DNA from: Holophagales bacterium UBA2201
GTDB lineage: Bacteria; Acidobacteriota; Thermoanaerobaculia; UBA2201
NCBI GenBank assembly: GCA_002327305.1
Contig: DCUZ01000016.1
Location: 7,873 to 71,872 of the forward strand
Direction of reading: 5' to 3'
DNA: 64,000 bases
Position 1 is the stretch's first letter, and each line of letters begins with the position of its first letter. Below are positions 48,234-58,320 of this stretch, one piece after another. The notes beneath the pieces are model-generated. The model saw nothing but the letters and a program-made list of their open reading frames with translations. It had not been told where the DNA came from and searched no databases. The position numbers were made by a program, and so were the translations under genes.

Positions 48234-48911
48234 TTATAAATATTGCGGGAAGAATAAGCCTTCAGTGTCACCACTATGTGAACTAATCTCTTCTTCTTTT
48301 AGAAGACGGACATCACCGTATCTGCCAACAAATACCGTCTCTTTGAATATGGTTGGCATATATGCTTTAGGAATTGGCTTTATTACATATCGCGTTATTT
48401 CATAACCGTAACCAACGGGAACTACCCTGGCCTCTTGGAAGCGAAGCCACTTCCATTTGCTGGTGGGGAGGCACACACCAATGCAGCCGCTATGCCCTGT
48501 TCGAGGATAGATCTCTAATTTCTGCTCTTCAAACAAATGTACTGTATTAAAAGAAGAAAAGAATCTGAAATAAACTAAAGCGTCAGATGCACTCCATAAA
48601 AATATGCAGCCATGAAGGTCATTGGGACCTTTCACTTCATTTTCCAGCCCGTTCTTTTTAAGTACTACTTTTTCAGTGTACTCGGGGGGAATGCTGACGC
48701 CGGGAACGAACTCCACGTGACAGTCTTCTTTGAGCATCGTCAGTGTTATGCATGTGCTATCAGAAGTATAATCCAGACATCGATAGCTGGAGCCATTAAT
48801 GGAATGCCACCCTGCTCTGGAGGCGCAGCCGATTGTTGTAACGGCGACAAGCAGAAGTAATGATTGACTCAGCACGAGTTTATAGCTCTCTATGAGGTTC
48901 TTTGGCATCAT
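48234..48911 (-). CDS. putative lipoprotein, paralog 1 (possible orphan Rhs immunity protein)
   Basis: Signal peptide + lipobox-like TIGC. ~40% identical over ~150 aa to the 49068-49763 product. In a low-GC region. Confidence 0.45.
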   Translation of the reverse strand: MMPKNLIESYKLVLSQSLLLLVAVTTIGCASRAGWHSINGSSYRCLDYTSDSTCITLTMLKEDCHVEFVPGVSIPPEYTEKVVLKKNGLENEVKGPNDLHGCIFLWSASDALVYFRFFSSFNTVHLFEEQKLEIYPRTGHSGCIGVCLPTSKWKWLRFQEARVVPVGYGYEITRYVIKPIPKAYMPTIFKETVFVGRYGDVRLLKEEEISSHSGDTEGLFFPQYL

Positions 48912-49067
48912 GATTATTCCCCTGCCTTTCTACAATGGGATTCTTTCTTCTCTTGCTGAACTTTAACGGTTGCGTTGATGTATTTTATACATTTTAGACT
49001 ACCTATTCATATTTGCTATTTTGGGTTGCACCGCACCGGCACTCTTGATCATCGTGCCTGCCGGTCC

Positions 49068-49763
49068 CTAGATGAATCCAGCAAAGCCCACCCTTTCCGT
49101 ATATTTCGGGTCATCAGTAATCTTTTCTTCGCTTATTAAATCTACTCCACCATCCTTGCGTACGAGCACTATTTCTTTATATATCGTAGGCAAATATGCT
49201 TTTGGGAACGGTTTTATAATGAACCTTGTTATCTCAAAGCCATCATTCTTTGGAGTCACGACTGGATCGTGCAAATGAAGATTGTTCCAGCTCCTATTCG
49301 TCGTGCACACTAAGATGCATCCTCGATGGCCTTTAGGTGCAAATATTTCCTTCTTCTCGTCTTCAAAAAGGTGCGCGGTGTTTTCACTTGAAAAGAAGCG
49401 CAAATACTCTATTGCTTCCTCTGGCGTTTCAATATTTGCGCATCCTTTGAGATCGTTTGGGCCATTAACTCTTCTCATTTCATCTCCACGAATCAAAACA
49501 ACCCTTTCGCTTATCTGAGGGGGGATTGTATCTCCCTCAATAAATTGCAGCGAACACTCAGCATAAATCATTGGGAGATTAATGCACCTGCAATAAGGAG
49601 GGTATTTTCCCTTAAGATACCTGTCGCCGAGAAAACAGTTCAGTTTTTCATGATTAGCGCACGCCAATTCAAGCGATGCGAAGGACAGGAATATCAGAGC
49701 AAGAAAATACCTACGTGCGCGAGGGCAAATCATATTATTTACTTGCATCCGCGAAGTAATCAT
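49068..49763 (-). CDS. putative lipoprotein, paralog 2 (possible orphan Rhs immunity protein)
   Basis: Signal peptide + LELAC. Shared blocks RFFSS.NT.HLFE..K.EI..GH.GCI.VC and EITR.IIKP.PKAY.PTI.KE.V.V. Confidence 0.45.
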   Translation of the reverse strand: MITSRMQVNNMICPRARRYFLALIFLSFASLELACANHEKLNCFLGDRYLKGKYPPYCRCINLPMIYAECSLQFIEGDTIPPQISERVVLIRGDEMRRVNGPNDLKGCANIETPEEAIEYLRFFSSENTAHLFEDEKKEIFAPKGHRGCILVCTTNRSWNNLHLHDPVVTPKNDGFEITRFIIKPFPKAYLPTIYKEIVLVRKDGGVDLISEEKITDDPKYTERVGFAGFI

Positions 49764-49816
49764 ATATTATTCTCCTTCTATTTGTCAGGGCATTTTCCAC
49801 AAAAATCCTCTTTTGA

Positions 49817-50182
49817 TTATTTTTGACTCTCAAGATTCTTGTCCAAGAAATAATTGCAACTTCCCGAGCCAAATCTGGACCTAAGTCTGGCCTTCTCCAG
49901 ACAGGGAACCGAAACGCCATAGGCATAGCATTCAGTGCAGGGTGTGTCGCTTCCCTGCAACCCTGGGTTGCTATTGGGAGATCTGCCTTTGCACGCATTG
50001 GGCCTCTTCTGCGTGAACCATTCAATGTGCGCCACCTCATGTTTTTCAAAGCAATCCGGCGCACAATCCGGGCGCTCAAGCCATCTCCATTTGAATCCCC
50101 CGCAACCGTCGCACACTGTTATGGCGAAATCTGTTAAGACAGCGTGAGAATTGTTCTTTTCAAACACAGAATATTCAAGCAT
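49817..50182 (-). CDS. Cys-rich small hypothetical protein (possible orphan toxin module remnant)
   Basis: 121 aa with 11 Cys (VCDGCGG, CAPDC, CTECY), in the low-GC tract between lipoprotein genes. Confidence 0.3.
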   Translation of the reverse strand: MLEYSVFEKNNSHAVLTDFAITVCDGCGGFKWRWLERPDCAPDCFEKHEVAHIEWFTQKRPNACKGRSPNSNPGLQGSDTPCTECYAYGVSVPCLEKARLRSRFGSGSCNYFLDKNLESQK

Positions 50183-50256
50183 GCCTTCCAGGTCAATAAA
50201 ACCCGACGGATTGTTATGAGCATAATATTATACTGCGGCAAAGGTGTGAAATACTT

Positions 50257-50787
50257 TTATTTCCATCCTCCTCCTCGGAACATAATGCTGACTGCATGCA
50301 ACTTAAAAAATTCTTCTCCCGCCAATATTGTGATCTTTAGCGTATAACTATCCTTGCTTGCCGGGATAAAATAGGTGCCGGGATCATCGTTGAGTGACTC
50401 TGATTTCCTGCGATAGCCGAATGCATCTGCACAGTCAACGCTACAAGTCCAGACCCAATTCGCTAAATCGTCTTTTTGGGTGAAAATATTATTGCCATCC
50501 GATGTATTCAATGCAACTTCTACCCTGGCGGCTGTTCGTTTGGCTTCGGATACTGCACCAGCAGCATCAAGCGAAGCAACATGAAAGCCCATAACGAAGC
50601 GCGTTGAAGGCAGCCGCCCAATCATGTATTCCTTTGTCGGAACGCTATTAGGGCCTAGATCCAAAATATATTGATCAATTGCTTCTGCTGCTCCCCGATC
50701 AGCAAAAGTTCCATCTCCAATATAGCGCCATTCTTTGTTGCAAGAAACACTCAAAAACATGCAGAACAATAATAACTTTGCCTTCAT
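50257..50787 (-). CDS. putative lipoprotein, candidate immunity protein for the adjacent Rhs toxin
   Basis: Signal peptide + lipobox LSVSC, 13 nt downstream of the rhs stop on the same strand. Confidence 0.4.
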   Translation of the reverse strand: MKAKLLLFCMFLSVSCNKEWRYIGDGTFADRGAAEAIDQYILDLGPNSVPTKEYMIGRLPSTRFVMGFHVASLDAAGAVSEAKRTAARVEVALNTSDGNNIFTQKDDLANWVWTCSVDCADAFGYRRKSESLNDDPGTYFIPASKDSYTLKITILAGEEFFKLHAVSIMFRGGGWK

Positions 50788-50799
50788 GGTTTCTTCCTC

Positions 50800-53700
50800 T
50801 CATTTCTTGGGTGGCTTTGTGGGCGGAGCGGGTTGAGGCGGATTGTCGTCAATTCCAGGCGCACTACCCAAGCCTTCCGGCACACCCCCTTTGCAGCAAG
50901 CCCGTGCTACGGTTCCGGCATAAGTATTGCTATTAGGGCCGAGTAGACGATACTCTCCGCGTGGATAGTTGTCGGAAGCATCCTTGATACATCGGTCCTG
51001 ATCGCCTGCTGAACAATCTCGTGGGCAATCTTTGCATATTCCTCCTTGGTCACGTGGATCATCAGTGCGCGGTATGCCTATGGTTGATGAATTTTCTCCT
51101 CTTTTTTGAGGGTATAATCCATAAGTCGTGTTGCTATTAGCGACAATGTAACAATGACGCTTTCTAAAAATATCTCCTGCAACTGTGCTAGCAACCCGGC
51201 GACAGCACACTTTGGCACTTAGCCCCAGGAAATCAAAATTAGAAATCGGATTCAGGATAGAATATGCAAACGGATTTAGTCCACCCTCGATCAAGCCAGC
51301 CGGATCCGAAGTACTGTACCTCCCCAGCCTGCTCCCGTACCACCTATGGCCGTTGTAGTAGAGCGAGGCATTGTCCACGGCCGCATCGGCAACCTGCCCC
51401 GGGAACCTCAAGAGGTTCGTGACCGTGCCGCTTTCCCCATATAGCCTCCCAAAGGGGTAATAGACCCCTTCCCACACCGACGCTTGAGAGGAGTCTGTCA
51501 TGGCGAGCGGCGTCATGAGGTGGTCGGTGTGGTAATAGTAGACCGCATCCGTCGGGACACCCTTGAAGATTTTGTAGGCGTAGTTGTTGGAGTTGCCGAG
51601 CACATTGTCGTCGTAGATCTTGGGGGTGAGTTCCTGGATCATCGAGGGGCTGGAGAACGTGAAGTCGTTGGTGGAGCGGTAAACGCGGAAGTTCTCGTTC
51701 CCGCCGTAGAGGGTCCAATCCAGATGGACATACCCGCCGGTCTTGTCGGCCTTAAGGTAACTCCCAATGGTCATCCAAGGGGGCTGGTTCACGACCTGCG
51801 CCACGGGCTCCGTCCTGTTGTAAATGTAATCGGTCCAGAAACCGCTTGAAAGGTCCTTCTCGGCGATCAATTGACCTTCGAGGCCGTAGAAGAAAAGGAC
51901 GGTCTTCGAGGGATACACCGCCTCGCGCCTTCGCATCTGATAATCATAGAAGTAGCTGGCCGTGGCCCCCGAGTCCACGTTCACCATGTGCCCATGACTG
52001 CCGTAGCCGTAGACGTGGAGGGAATCCGCCGTGATGCTCCCGTCGGCGTTGAAGGTGAAGCTCTCCGGCTCATGGCCCGTGGTGCTGGTCAGCCTGTTCG
52101 TGCCGGATTGGTAGTTATACGAGGTAGAATCAGCGTTCTCGGTTTTCGTCAGGCGGTTTCCATTGCGATCATACGAGTAGCCCATGGAGCCCCACAGCCC
52201 CGAGGCCGAGGTCAGGCGGTAAAGGTCGTCATACCCGTAACTCCGGGAGTACGACCCGCTGATGGCGGTGATGTTGAACTCGTCGTCGTGGGTGTAGGTC
52301 GTCGAGATGGGGCCATTGGCGTTGGAGGAGGGCCGGTATTTGAGGTCGAAAGCCCTTGCGAGGGAGAGCCCATTGCCGAAGGTCCCGGCCGATTGCGGCC
52401 CGAAAGGATAGTAGCCCATCCCGGACAGAAGCGGCTGGGAGGACCCGTTCACCACGGCGGAGATTGCCGAAACCTTGCCGATCACGGTGTTGACGGTATA
52501 CGCCACCTGGCGGCCGTCGGGGTGGGTGAGGGTGGTCTGGTTGCCGTTCTTGTCGAAGGTATACGCTGTGGTGTAGGGCGTGGCTGAAATCGTGATTGTC
52601 TCGTTCTTCTCCCGTCCCGTCTTGAAGTAGTTGAAGGTGGTGGTCCCCGCTGAGTCCGCGACCATCGTCAGCCTGCCGATCCCGTAGGAGGTCGCGAGTT
52701 CATCATATGTCAAGGTCACGTTGTAGGAGCCGATGGGATAAACAATCGTTGAAAGACGGTTCAGCGCGTCGTAGGTCCGCGTCGTGGTGGCCGATAGGGC
52801 GTCCGTCTCTGTGAGCGTGTTTCCGGCCGGGTCGTAGGTGCGGTCGGTGGTCCCCGAGTCGGGCGAAACCGTGCGACGTAGGTCGCCGAAATCATCGAAT
52901 GTATACGTGGTGGCGTGCCCCTCTGGGTCGGTGACCTGCGTCAGATTGCCGTGCGAATCATAGCCGAATTGGGTGGTGACGGGAATGGCCCCATCTAAAA
53001 CGGTTGTGGACTGGAGGCGGTTCAGGGCATTGTAGACGTGGGTGGTGTAGTGGTCGCCACTCGTGTAGGGGTGGTTGGCGTCGTCGAGATATTGCAGATT
53101 TCCGGCGGGATCATAGAAATATTCCGTGTAGGTGGCGTCGGGGTTGATGGTCTTCCAAAGGCGGTTGTGATCGTCAAAGGCGTACTCGGTGATCTTGTCC
53201 TGCGTGTAACTCCCGCCCTGCCACTGGTAATATTCCTCCTTGGTTTTATTGCCGTGCTTGTCCCAGGTGTAGACGGACTTGTCCCCGTGGGCGCCCATGG
53301 AGGCTTCCAACTCGTACTCGGTGAGCCGCCCGGCGGCATCGAAGGTGTAGTTCACGACGTTCCCCTCGGGCTGGATGAGGTAGTCGAGGCGTCCATTGTC
53401 GTCAAAGAAGGTTTGCGTCGTAATGGTCTCCGTTTCGATCCCGTGGGGGAGAATGCTCTCCACCGTCACCCGCCCCAGGGCGTCGGTCGTCCGCTGGGTC
53501 TGGACTCCGTTGGGGTCGGTGGTCAGGAGGGCGGTTCCGAAAACGTCGTAATTCTCGAACTGCCGGATGTGGCCGCGGGCGTTAGTGATGCGGTACAGCC
53601 TGCCCCGGAGATTCAGGTTTGAATCGCCGTCCGGGTGATACTGCCAGGTCGTGAGGTCGGCAACATCCGTGCGGGGGCCGTCATGTTGGATGGGTCGGTG

Positions 53701-55701
53701 GGCCGAATCATAGGTGGTGGTTTCGGTGTGGACGGTCGGGGTGACATCGGTATCATAAAGCCACCCCGTGGTCGTTGTGGTGAAGATGGTATGGCTGGGG
53801 GTGGAGAGGTCGTATTCGATGGTCTTGGTCTCTCCGGTCTTGACGACGGAGGGATACTGGATTTTCGTGATCATTCCCGGAAGCTCGGTGTTTTCATAGA
53901 AATAGTTCGTGGTCTTTTCCAGGGCCGTCCCGAAGGCTTCGGTCAAGGTCGTCAGGCGTCCGGTGGTATCGTACTGCTTCTTCGTGATGTTGCTGTTGGC
54001 GTCGGTGATCTGCGTTGTTCGGTTGTGCTCATCGTATAGGAACGATGCATCCTGGAATCCGCACCCGCCCCCGCAGCTTCCTTGGATTTGGGTCACCAGC
54101 CCGCGCCCGCCCTGATATCTCCAGTCGTAGGTGGTGATGATATTAGTCGTGTCGTTCTGGTGTTCCGTTACAATGGTTGAGACATTGGAAGGGTAGGATA
54201 TTTGTAACCATTCCTGATTACCCTCTTTGTAGGATGATGTCGCCCGGCGGCTGGAGTCGTAGGTGTGGGCTTCGAGGATTTGTCCGGCCCGGTTCTTCGC
54301 CTGGAGGAGGTTCTTGGGGCTGGCGGAATCATAAACATATAGCCGGTCGGGATTGGCAGTGCCGTTGCCCGGAAAGAAGACCTGCGTCAGATAATTGTTC
54401 GTCCCGTCATAAAAGAACCGCCATGCCGTCGTGCCGTCCCAGAGGGTAATCTGATTGACGCGGTTGGAGGCATTGTAGGAGAGGGCGATGGTCCGGTTGA
54501 GAGGGTCCGTCACGCCCGTCAATCTTCCCCCCGTGTACGCGCCGGTGTAGCAGTTTCCGTAGAAATCGCATGACCGGTCCCACAAGCCTGAGCTTTTGGT
54601 GAAGCGCGTCGTGTTCCCGTTGAGGTCCGCGATTGTGAGCGTGCTCCCGTCGTCCATCATCGTGCCTTGCTGGTCATACGGCCAGTAGGCGGTGAAAGTG
54701 TTCGCGGAGGGGGCGTCTTCGAGGTAGTACCGTTTGCGCCCTTCGGCGTTGACGTGGCGGTAGATTCTTCGGGTGTCCGAAAGAGTGTTGGTGAGGGTGA
54801 GGCGTTGGTTGAAGGTGTGCGTCCAGCCGTACCCCATCCAGCCGCCCGTCGTCGCCAGCACCTTCTCCTGGTTGTTGTAGGCCCGCGTGAAGGTGAAGCC
54901 GGCGATGTCGTCGAGGGTGAAATCGCTCTCATCGTAGTGCATGTTGCCGGAGGATACGTTGATGGGCCCGCCCACGCATACACTGCCGCCGCCCTCATTG
55001 CAGCATTCCCAATCGGGGGAGGCCGTACAACCGCTCTCTAATGGTAGGGGGATCGGGACGCCCACAGAACCGCTGGTGAGGGACGAAGAGCAGCCTGAAG
55101 TCCCGGTGCACCGCTCCATGCGGGCGGAATAATTCAGCGTGGTGCCCGCGGCGGAGCACGCCACGCCGAACACGGGATACCACGTCCCCTGCTCGAAACG
55201 GGGCTCGCAGAAGATGTCGGCCACACGGGCGTTCGAGCAGTTCTTCGCCCCGGTGTAGTCCTGGATGACGCACATACCCCCCGCCGCGCACCCCCACGGG
55301 TTGGTCTGGCACCAGTGGCACGGCGCCTGGAAAGGGACCGTCGCGACGATAGTGAATCCCCCCGATTTGGGGACTACCGAAGCCGACAAATCAATGGAAT
55401 TGGAATATTGGGCGCTGGTACAGCCTGCGCAGGTGCCGGAACACATGCAACTGTAAGGGTAGCCGTAATCCTCAAGCTGTTTCTCACAAAGATGGCCCGG
55501 CACCGTGGCCGAGCCGTCATATCTACACTGAAGGAGTTCTGCTGCACCCGAGGGGCATTGGTAGCAGGCCGAGGTCGGATACCCGACCGTCTGGTCGCAG
55601 CCTTGGGCGCATCCGCTCGGCGGCGGGAAATCCACGGCCAAACCCACCGCCGGGCTGAGGACCGTACCAAAGGAAAAGAGCACCGATAGCACCGCCTTCA
55701 T
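50800..55701 (-). CDS. Rhs/YD-repeat polymorphic toxin (signal peptide, Cys-rich N-terminal region, RHS repeats, variable Cys-rich C-terminal domain)
   Basis: 1633 aa. Many YD repeats (YTYDALNRL, YFYDPAGNL, YGYDDLYRLTSA). The RHS core ends with the DPAGLIEGGLNPFAYS (DPxGL-like) motif, followed by a ~170-aa Cys-rich tail. Confidence 0.85.
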   Translation of the reverse strand: MKAVLSVLFSFGTVLSPAVGLAVDFPPPSGCAQGCDQTVGYPTSACYQCPSGAAELLQCRYDGSATVPGHLCEKQLEDYGYPYSCMCSGTCAGCTSAQYSNSIDLSASVVPKSGGFTIVATVPFQAPCHWCQTNPWGCAAGGMCVIQDYTGAKNCSNARVADIFCEPRFEQGTWYPVFGVACSAAGTTLNYSARMERCTGTSGCSSSLTSGSVGVPIPLPLESGCTASPDWECCNEGGGSVCVGGPINVSSGNMHYDESDFTLDDIAGFTFTRAYNNQEKVLATTGGWMGYGWTHTFNQRLTLTNTLSDTRRIYRHVNAEGRKRYYLEDAPSANTFTAYWPYDQQGTMMDDGSTLTIADLNGNTTRFTKSSGLWDRSCDFYGNCYTGAYTGGRLTGVTDPLNRTIALSYNASNRVNQITLWDGTTAWRFFYDGTNNYLTQVFFPGNGTANPDRLYVYDSASPKNLLQAKNRAGQILEAHTYDSSRRATSSYKEGNQEWLQISYPSNVSTIVTEHQNDTTNIITTYDWRYQGGRGLVTQIQGSCGGGCGFQDASFLYDEHNRTTQITDANSNITKKQYDTTGRLTTLTEAFGTALEKTTNYFYENTELPGMITKIQYPSVVKTGETKTIEYDLSTPSHTIFTTTTTGWLYDTDVTPTVHTETTTYDSAHRPIQHDGPRTDVADLTTWQYHPDGDSNLNLRGRLYRITNARGHIRQFENYDVFGTALLTTDPNGVQTQRTTDALGRVTVESILPHGIETETITTQTFFDDNGRLDYLIQPEGNVVNYTFDAAGRLTEYELEASMGAHGDKSVYTWDKHGNKTKEEYYQWQGGSYTQDKITEYAFDDHNRLWKTINPDATYTEYFYDPAGNLQYLDDANHPYTSGDHYTTHVYNALNRLQSTTVLDGAIPVTTQFGYDSHGNLTQVTDPEGHATTYTFDDFGDLRRTVSPDSGTTDRTYDPAGNTLTETDALSATTTRTYDALNRLSTIVYPIGSYNVTLTYDELATSYGIGRLTMVADSAGTTTFNYFKTGREKNETITISATPYTTAYTFDKNGNQTTLTHPDGRQVAYTVNTVIGKVSAISAVVNGSSQPLLSGMGYYPFGPQSAGTFGNGLSLARAFDLKYRPSSNANGPISTTYTHDDEFNITAISGSYSRSYGYDDLYRLTSASGLWGSMGYSYDRNGNRLTKTENADSTSYNYQSGTNRLTSTTGHEPESFTFNADGSITADSLHVYGYGSHGHMVNVDSGATASYFYDYQMRRREAVYPSKTVLFFYGLEGQLIAEKDLSSGFWTDYIYNRTEPVAQVVNQPPWMTIGSYLKADKTGGYVHLDWTLYGGNENFRVYRSTNDFTFSSPSMIQELTPKIYDDNVLGNSNNYAYKIFKGVPTDAVYYYHTDHLMTPLAMTDSSQASVWEGVYYPFGRLYGESGTVTNLLRFPGQVADAAVDNASLYYNGHRWYGSRLGRYSTSDPAGLIEGGLNPFAYSILNPISNFDFLGLSAKVCCRRVASTVAGDIFRKRHCYIVANSNTTYGLYPQKRGENSSTIGIPRTDDPRDQGGICKDCPRDCSAGDQDRCIKDASDNYPRGEYRLLGPNSNTYAGTVARACCKGGVPEGLGSAPGIDDNPPQPAPPTKPPKK

Positions 55702-56164
55702 AACTTCCCTCCTTTTCAGTCTATCATAGATAGACGCTGCGCCGGGGCTGAGCCCTTGAGGATCACCCCGGACGATTCACGCCCATGGGCTTCTGCCCTT
55801 GGGCCAAAGTCGGTTCCATCAAGTAGGTACAAAAACAGCGGTTCTTGCTTACCTTGACTTTGAGATGGGCTCTAAGCAAGGAGTCGCCGAAAGAGGGGGG
55901 GGGTGACTAAGCGGCTTGGGATTTCCATTCCATCATCTGCTAAAAGAGCGCTTGAAAAGGACCCTTTAGACATGCCTTTGGCGTCCCTCAGGGGTTCCTG
56001 GGCCTCGGCAAGGGGTGTCGCATGCCAACACACTACACCCTGATAGCTATATTTGCCAAGTATGGCCTATTGAAGATTCTATATTTACAGCATTATTGCT
56101 TTGGTAGCCAAGCAAATTTTCCGTTTATTAATTAATCGCCATAGCATATAAAAGCTCCTGAGCC

Positions 56165-56554
56165 TTGTACTACAGACTAACGAAGCGGTTTGGAGCGCGA
56201 ATCCGCCAATTGCGGCTGCAGAAGAAGCTGACCCAGGAGCGGCTAGCCGATAGGGCGGGACTGCATGTGACCTTTGTAAGCCTGGTGGAGCGGGGGCGAC
56301 ACAACGCGAACCTCAAGACGATCAACAAGCTTTCCAAGGGCCTGAAAGTGCCGGTATGGGAAATTTTCATTGGCATGGAGAGGGCGAGAGACCTTCCAAA
56401 GTATGAGCAGTTGAGGCTGAAGGGGTTTATCAGGAAAGGACCAGGCAAGCCTCCACTGGTGGATGAGAAGGGGCGAAGAATCCGGCCCATAAGAAGCCGG
56501 GCACGCAGGAAAACAGCCGCCCAGGCCACCGGGAAGGCCAAACGAAAACCCTGA
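56165..56554 (+). CDS. XRE-family HTH transcriptional regulator
   Basis: Cro/C1-type HTH LTQERLADRAGLHVTFVSLVERGRHNANLKTINKL plus a basic C-terminal tail. Confidence 0.7.
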   Translation: MYYRLTKRFGARIRQLRLQKKLTQERLADRAGLHVTFVSLVERGRHNANLKTINKLSKGLKVPVWEIFIGMERARDLPKYEQLRLKGFIRKGPGKPPLVDEKGRRIRPIRSRARRKTAAQATGKAKRKP

Positions 56555-56674
56555 AGCACCCCCCGAAGCCCCCACCCCAGACCCCCTTCCAGGCTATCTC
56601 CGGCATAGAGTCCTTCCGCCCCCCCCCTATCCCCCCGAGAGGCTTGGGGTGTTTGTTGAGACTGGCAGTGAACA

Positions 56675-57649
56675 CTACGCTTCTCCCACCCCCGTCCGGA
56701 CCATCCATCCCACCGCCCCCGCCAGCGCCGCCAGTTGGAGTACGAGCAAGAGCGGGTTGAAGGAGACGTGGGGCAGGAGGTGGAAGGTGCGGTAGGCCAT
56801 CAGGCCGGCCAGGATCACGCCGTCGAAGAAGAGGACCGCCCCGGCGATCCGCCGCAGGGGGTTGGCCAGGAGGGAAAAGAACGGGACGGCGAAAAGGAGG
56901 ACCACCGCGCCGTAGAACAGGGCGTTGCCCCAGGGGAGGTGGAACCGGGCCTGGAGGTAGTGCACCTCCTCGGGGATGTTGGCGTACCAGATGGTGAGGT
57001 ACTGGGCGAAGAAGAGGCCACCCCAGAAGAGCGCGAACCCGAAGGTGAGGGTGGCGGTGTCCTTGAGCGTGGCGGGGGGGCAGGCGCCGCGTCGGCTCAG
57101 GAAGAAACAGATGATGCCCGCCAGCGCCAGGCCGGCATAGAGGGCCTCGACCATGTAGAGGGCGGGGAACATGGTGGAGATCCAGGGATAGTCGAAGCTC
57201 ATCACCTGGTCCACCGCCATCACCGAGTGGGAGACCACGAAACTGAAAATGTAGGCCACGGCCCAGGCCCGGCGCCGTTCCGAACCCTTCCGCATGGCGC
57301 GGATGAACATCATGGCGATCACAAATGAGACGATGAACAGGATGTGGGAACGGAAGGCGACCCCCGCTGAATTCAGCCAGGCCGTGGGCTGGTGACTCCA
57401 AGCGTAGAGGGCGATGTCCGGATCGGCCAGGCAGGGGATGAAGAACAGGGGCCACATCCCCATCAACGGTTTGCGCAGGGGGGCGATCCATTGCGCGTTG
57501 GAGAGTTCGGCGGCCGCCACGAGGAGGATGCTCCCCTGCGCCAGCGCCGCGGCGAGGAGAAAGGTGAGCAGTTTAGAGGCGGAGGCGTCCAGATAATAGA
57601 ATAGCCCATAGACCAGAAGGGCCAGGATCCACGGTCCGTTCTTCTTCAT
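56675..57649 (-). CDS. polytopic membrane protein, possibly an accessory subunit of the adjacent ACIII-like complex
   Basis: 324 aa with ~8 TM helices and no CxxCH. It overlaps the ActD-like gene. Confidence 0.4.
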   Translation of the reverse strand: MKKNGPWILALLVYGLFYYLDASASKLLTFLLAAALAQGSILLVAAAELSNAQWIAPLRKPLMGMWPLFFIPCLADPDIALYAWSHQPTAWLNSAGVAFRSHILFIVSFVIAMMFIRAMRKGSERRRAWAVAYIFSFVVSHSVMAVDQVMSFDYPWISTMFPALYMVEALYAGLALAGIICFFLSRRGACPPATLKDTATLTFGFALFWGGLFFAQYLTIWYANIPEEVHYLQARFHLPWGNALFYGAVVLLFAVPFFSLLANPLRRIAGAVLFFDGVILAGLMAYRTFHLLPHVSFNPLLLVLQLAALAGAVGWMVRTGVGEA

Positions 57650-58077
57650 GCCTGCTCCTTCACGAAGATGGCGTAGGCGTTCCCGGTCTCCTCGGGGGCG
57701 AGGATGCTCCGGATGTCCGGGAACCGGTTCAAATGGAAGAACCCCAGGATGGAGGCGACGGCCCCCAGGAGGATGGTCAATTCGAAGGCGATGATCATGA
57801 AGGGCGGGAGGGAGATAAGGGGCTTGCCGCTGGTGATCAGCGGCCAGGCCAGGACGGCGTAAGTGGTGAGGCCGAACCCCATCGCCGCCCCCAGGACGGC
57901 CCCCGTGCCGGTGAACCAGCCCAGGGGCGATGGCGGCGTGCGGAGAATGTGAAACGCCTCGTGGACCGGGACGGGGGTCCGCACCTCGATCGAGGATGTC
58001 GGAACTCCGTCGTCCACGAGTTCCTTCAGCTTGGCCAGGAATTCGGTTTTATCGTCGCAGAGATATTTCTGGGTCAT
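57646..58077 (-). CDS. DUF3341/ActD-like membrane subunit of quinol:cytochrome c oxidoreductase
   Basis: Soluble N-terminal domain plus two C-terminal TM helices with PLISLPPFMIIAFELTILLGA, typical of ActD. Confidence 0.7.
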   Translation of the reverse strand: MTQKYLCDDKTEFLAKLKELVDDGVPTSSIEVRTPVPVHEAFHILRTPPSPLGWFTGTGAVLGAAMGFGLTTYAVLAWPLITSGKPLISLPPFMIIAFELTILLGAVASILGFFHLNRFPDIRSILAPEETGNAYAIFVKEQA

Positions 58078-58094
58078 GATCCCTCCTCGGCGGC

Positions 58095-58320
58095 AAAGGA
58101 AGAAGTAAGAATTAAGAAGTATGAAAAAATGAAACGAAGGCTTAATCCTACTCTGTACGTCTCTTCCTTCATAATTCTTACTTCTGCCTTCTGCCTTCTC
58201 ATTCGTGCTCCTCGACTGGAAAGGATGAATTAAAAATTAAGAAGTATGAATAAACAAGACAGAACGCCGCCTCCTTCTTAATTCTTACTTCTTCCTTCTG
58301 CCTTTTCATTGCTGCTCCTC
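58095..58320. repeat. tandem ~110-bp duplication of the actC 3' end plus AT-rich palindromic motif (TTCATAMTTCTTAATT)
   Basis: ...gagcacgaatgagaaggcagaaggcagaagtaagaattatgaag... and ...gagcagcaatgaaaaggcagaaggaagaagtaagaattaagaag... are direct repeats. The motif gaattaaaaattaagaagtatgaataa also matches 351-376 (24/26, opposite strand). Confidence 0.6.
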
